In this document: piece after piece, positions 60,228 to 64,000 of the stretch
Layout of the letters: each line of letters starts with the position of its first letter
Numbering within the stretch: the stretch's first letter is position 1
Assembly (NCBI GenBank): GCA_002269645.1
Contig: NIVC01002097.1
Location: 124,001 to 188,000 of the forward strand
DNA length: 64,000 bases
Direction: 5' to 3'
Source: Macrostomum lignano
Lineage: Eukaryota
Position numbers and translations under genes: made by a program
Notes under the pieces: model-generated
What the model was told of the DNA's origin: nothing
The model's database searches: none
The model's input: the letters and a program-made list of their open reading frames with translations, nothing else

Positions 60228-63200
60228 ATGATGGCTTTTTTGGCCAGCACACTCTGGGAATTTATAGCTGCCAGTAGTCCAGTGCAAACCTTCAGCTTGT
60301 TCATCACCAGGCTGGATGTTCTGGATATTATATTTATTGGATTCTGTCTGTTTGGATTTGCTGCATCAGTGCTCGCTCATGTCACTTATCAGCTGATTTA
60401 CCCCAAGGGCACCCAGTCTCGCGAGCTCTGGTCGCCCCTGGCCCAACACCCGGGCTTTCTGGCGCCGGACCTGCACCACAGACCGGAGATATGCAGCTGG
60501 CTGAATATTCTGATTGGCTGGCTCAGCAACTGCAGTCAGAGGTCTTTTGTTCAGCATGGAAACTGCAGCAGATTGTACAGCGGATTTTTACTGAACTGCC
60601 TGAAGGCTTTCAATAAAGCGGCCAGCGGCACAGTGAGTCACACACATGATCACACAGGATGTACAGCGACCCTGGCTTTGTCTGTCAGACAGAATGCACA
60701 CTCTGTGGCTTGGAGGTTGGCCCCCATGGGCGACATTTGCGTAAACCGCAGGCCAACTTACTGACTTACTAATCCACTTTCAGGCTGTTTATGTACAAGA
60801 TATCTCACTGGGCACCTCGTTGCCAACAGTAAAATCAGTTACATCAAGGATCTGCCCAGGTCCCGGCAAAGAGCTGGTATGCATCAAATTAACCATTTTC
60901 AAATATCGGCTTTACATTGGAATTCGGACAATTGTATCCGCCTGTTCTTCCCTGCCTTTTCAGCTGCTCTACGCTCAGGTTTACGTTCCGGATGTCCTGC
61001 TGAAGGTCCGCGTGGCTCACTGGCTGACCGACTACAGCGTTCAGCTGACGAACTGCAGCGCTGAAGTGAGTAATCAGTGTTGAGTTCATGCTGAAGTGAG
61101 TGATCAGTGTTGAGTTCATGCTGAAGTGAGTAATCAGTGTTGAGTTCATGCTGAAGTGAGTGATCAGTGTTGAGCTCATGCTGAAGTGAGTAATCAGTGT
61201 TGAGTTCATGCTGAAGTGAGTAATCAGTGTTGAGTTCATGCTGAAGTGAGTGATCAGTGTTGAGCTCATGCTGAAGTGAGTAATCAGTGTTGAGTTCATG
61301 CTGAAGTGAGTGATCAGTGTTGAGCTCATGCTGAAGTGAGTGATCAGTGTTGAGCTCATGCTGAAGTGAGTGATCAGTGTTGAGCTCATGCTGAAGTGAG
61401 TGATCAGTGTTCAGTTCATGCTGAAGTGAGTAATCAGTGTTGAGTTCATGCTGAAGTGAGTAATCAGTGTTTAGTTCATGCTGAAGCGAGTGATCAGTGT
61501 TGAGCTCATGCTGAAGTGAGTGATCAGTGTTGAGCTCATGCTGAAGTGAGTGATCAGTGTTGAGTTCATGCTGAAGTGAGTGATCAGTGTTGAGTTCATG
61601 CTGAAGTGAGTGATCAGTGTTGAGTTCATGCTGAAGTGAGTGATCAGTGTTGAGTTCATGCTGAAGTGAGTAATCAGTGTTGAGCTCATGCTGAAGTGAG
61701 TGATCAGTGTTTAGTTCATGCTGAAGTGAGTGATCAGTGTTGAGCTCATGCTGAAGTGAGTGATCAGTGTTGAGCTCATGCTGAAGTGAGTGATCAGTGT
61801 TTAGTTCATGCTGAAGTGAGTAATCAGTGTTGAGTTCATGCTGAAGTGAGTGATCAGTGTTGAGCTCATGCTGAAGTGAGTGATCAGTGTTGAGCTCATG
61901 CTGAAGTGAGTGATCAGTGTTGAGCTCATGCTGAAGTGAGTGATCACTGTTGAATTCATGCTGAAGTGAGTGATCAGTGTTGAATTCATGCTGAAGTGAG
62001 TGATCAGTGTTGAGCTCATGCTGAAGTGAGTGATCAGTGTTGAATTCATGCTGAAGTGAGTGATCACTGTTGAGCTCATGCTGAAGTGAGTGATCAGTGT
62101 TGAGCTCATGCTGAAGTGAGTGATCAGTGTTGAGCTCATGCTGAAGTGAGTGATCAGTGTTGAGCTCATGCTGAAGTGAGTGATCAGTGTTGAGCTCATG
62201 CTGAAGTGAGTGATCAGTGTTGAATTCATGCTGAAGTGAGTGATCACTGTTGAATTCATGCTGAAGTGAGTGATCACTGTTGAATTCATGCTGAAGTGAG
62301 TGATCAGTGTTGAGCTCATGCTGAAGTGAGTGATCAGTGTTGAGCTCATGCTGAAGTGAGTGATCAGTGTTGAGCTCATGCTGAAGTGAGTGATCAGTGT
62401 TGAATTCATGCTGAAGTGAGTGATCAGTGTTGAGCTCATGCTGAAGTGAGTGATCAGTGTTGAGCTCATGCTGAAGTGAGTGATCAGTGTTGAGCTCATG
62501 CTGAAGTGAGTGATCAGTGTTGAGCTCATGCTGAAGTGAGTGATCAGTGTTGAGCTCATGCTGAAGTGAGTGATCAGTGTTGAGCTCATGCTGCAGCTGT
62601 TTCTACTTTTCAACCCAGGCTGAGCTGGAGCTTCGGCTGGCTCAGGGACCGCCGACAGCTTCGGCTCGTCTGATTGGCCGGCCTTTTGTCTCCGAAGCCC
62701 GCGTCTGTCGCATTGACAACTCTGGCGTCAGCCAATCAGAGGCTTCCGCTCGTTCTGATTGGCTGGCCGGTCGGGTCATTGCGCTGCTGGGTTCCACTGT
62801 GGTCAATTTTCCATTGGGCTGCAATGGACTACTGCGTGTGGCGCCAGTTCTGAGCCGAAGCGAAGACAAGGCCTGCCAGACAGATGAGGTATCTGCAGTT
62901 TTATCGAAGCAGAATTTCCACGACAGCACCTGTTTCAATTCTCAAACTCTTTTTCAACAGGCTATCGTTGCTGAATATCAAGATGCAGACTGCGGCTGTT
63001 CGCTTCTGAAGAAAAAGCTGCTTGAGGAAGATCGTAAAGTTTTGCCTACTCTGGCTAATAAATTGACAATGGCCACTTCACATGAGATCGCGTCGCGTAT
63101 ATTAAATCAAAATGAAAATTCGTTGAGCTCCGCTAATCAAAGCTGCTCACCTGTGCTGACCAATCACAACTCTCCGAGCATTTCGTCGAATCAAAACGGT

Positions 63201-63460
63201 GCAAAAACGTCCTTCTCGTCCAATCAGAATGCTGCAAAACTTTCAACAACCAATGAGATCAACGGTATTAAGAGGTCAAAGTCCCGCCTCTTGGTGAAGG
63301 TGATTCGAGCATCCGGCCTCGAGTCCGTCGCCTCGTCATCATTGGACGCCGCCAGCCGCAGCGCAGTGGTCCAGCTGGAACTGGACGAGCCCAGGCAGGT
63401 CCGCCAGACCAAACCGGCCTATGGGGTGACCAATCCCTACTGGGATGAGCATTTTGTGCT
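60228..63460 (+). CDS. C2CD2: C2CD2/TMEM24-like TM-SMP-C2 protein, partial; exons 60228-60632, 60784-60876, 60964-61065, 62619-63460 (continues beyond window)
   Basis: N-terminal TM, EICSWLNILIGWL, VQDISLGTSLPTV (SMP-like) and C2 start LLVKVIRASGL...LELDEPRQ...TNPYWDEHFVL. All junctions are GT-AG and in frame. Confidence 0.78.
61060..62592 (+). repeat. 30-bp minisatellite (~51 copies) containing the exon-3 donor site
   Basis: Unit gctgaagtgagt(g/a)atcagtgttgag(c/t)tcat. Confidence 0.97.
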
Positions 63461-63517
63461 GTGAGTCCGGTTGGCATGCTTCATCTTGCTTGCATCTTGA
63501 AATTTGTTGGCCTACTG

Positions 63518-64000
63518 GCTGGTTGGTTCGCAGGGGATTTGGGCACCTCCGCAAATCAAGGCTACTGGCTTAGTTGGTTCGCAGGGGATTTGGGCACCTC
63601 CGCAAATCAAGGCTACTGGCTTAGTTGGTTCGCAGGGGCTTTGGGCACCTCCGCAAATCAAGGCTACTGGCTTAGTTGGTTCGCAGGGGCTTTGGGCACC
63701 TCCGCAAATCAAGGCTACTGGCTTAGTTGGTTCGCAGGGGCTTTGAGCACCTCCGCAAATCAAGGCTACTGGCTTAGTTGGTTCGCAGGGGCTTTGGGCA
63801 CCTCCGCAAATCAAGGCTACTGGCTTAGTTGGTTCGCAGGGGCTTTGGGCACCTCCGCAAATCAAGGCTACTGGCTTAGTTGGTTCGCAGGGGCTTTGGG
63901 CACCTCCGCAAATCAAGGCTACTGGCTTAGTTGGTTCGCAGGGGCTCTGGGCACCTCCGCAAATCAAGGCTACTGGCTTAGTTGGTTCGCAGGGGCTCTG
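63518..64000 (+). repeat. 51-bp intronic minisatellite (runs off window)
   Basis: Unit gttggttcgcaggggctttgggcacctccgcaaatcaaggctactggctta. Confidence 0.95.

Noticed and set aside
60889-62613. MSSTLITHFS-repeat ORFs and the 51-bp repeat ORFs at 63504-63967
   Set aside because: Translations of intronic minisatellites.

Overview
Eukaryotic (metazoan) genomic DNA, not prokaryotic. GC-rich exons with GT-AG introns are packed with minisatellites and separated by AT-rich, transposon-dense DNA. This style is consistent with a repeat-rich invertebrate such as the flatworm Macrostomum, which is an inference only. Host genes I reconstructed by hand: a sphingolipid delta-4 desaturase (DEGS-like, -), a Rho-family GTPase (-), a ZIFL-like MFS transporter (-), a single-exon GT-A glycosyltransferase (-), WTAP/fl(2)d (+), a small TPR-like protein (+), a C-type lectin-PAN protein (-), a damaged multi-CUB/PAN gene (-) and a C2CD2-like SMP-C2 protein (+). 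Mobile DNA: an Ingi-like LINE whose ORF is absent from the ORF track because it runs off the window. Its 5' end reads candidate HDV-like ribozyme, AUG-less leader, 2A StopGo peptide (DIETNPGP), three PHD fingers, then APE endonuclease. Also present are a decayed RTE-like LINE, a LINE 3' fragment, a Harbinger derivative, a 6.8-kb CMC/EnSpm-like element and many MITEs with identifiable TSDs. The most striking unexplained signals are: (i) the ribozyme/2A/triple-PHD LINE head; (ii) a 38-bp perfect palindrome with an 8-bp TSD resembling a P-element excision footprint; (iii) two inverted copies of the 28S rRNA H69-H71/R2-target segment carried in transposon DNA with the cleavage site altered; (iv) minisatellite arrays built from splice sites. 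All assignments come from manual translation and motif recognition; no database searches were run.
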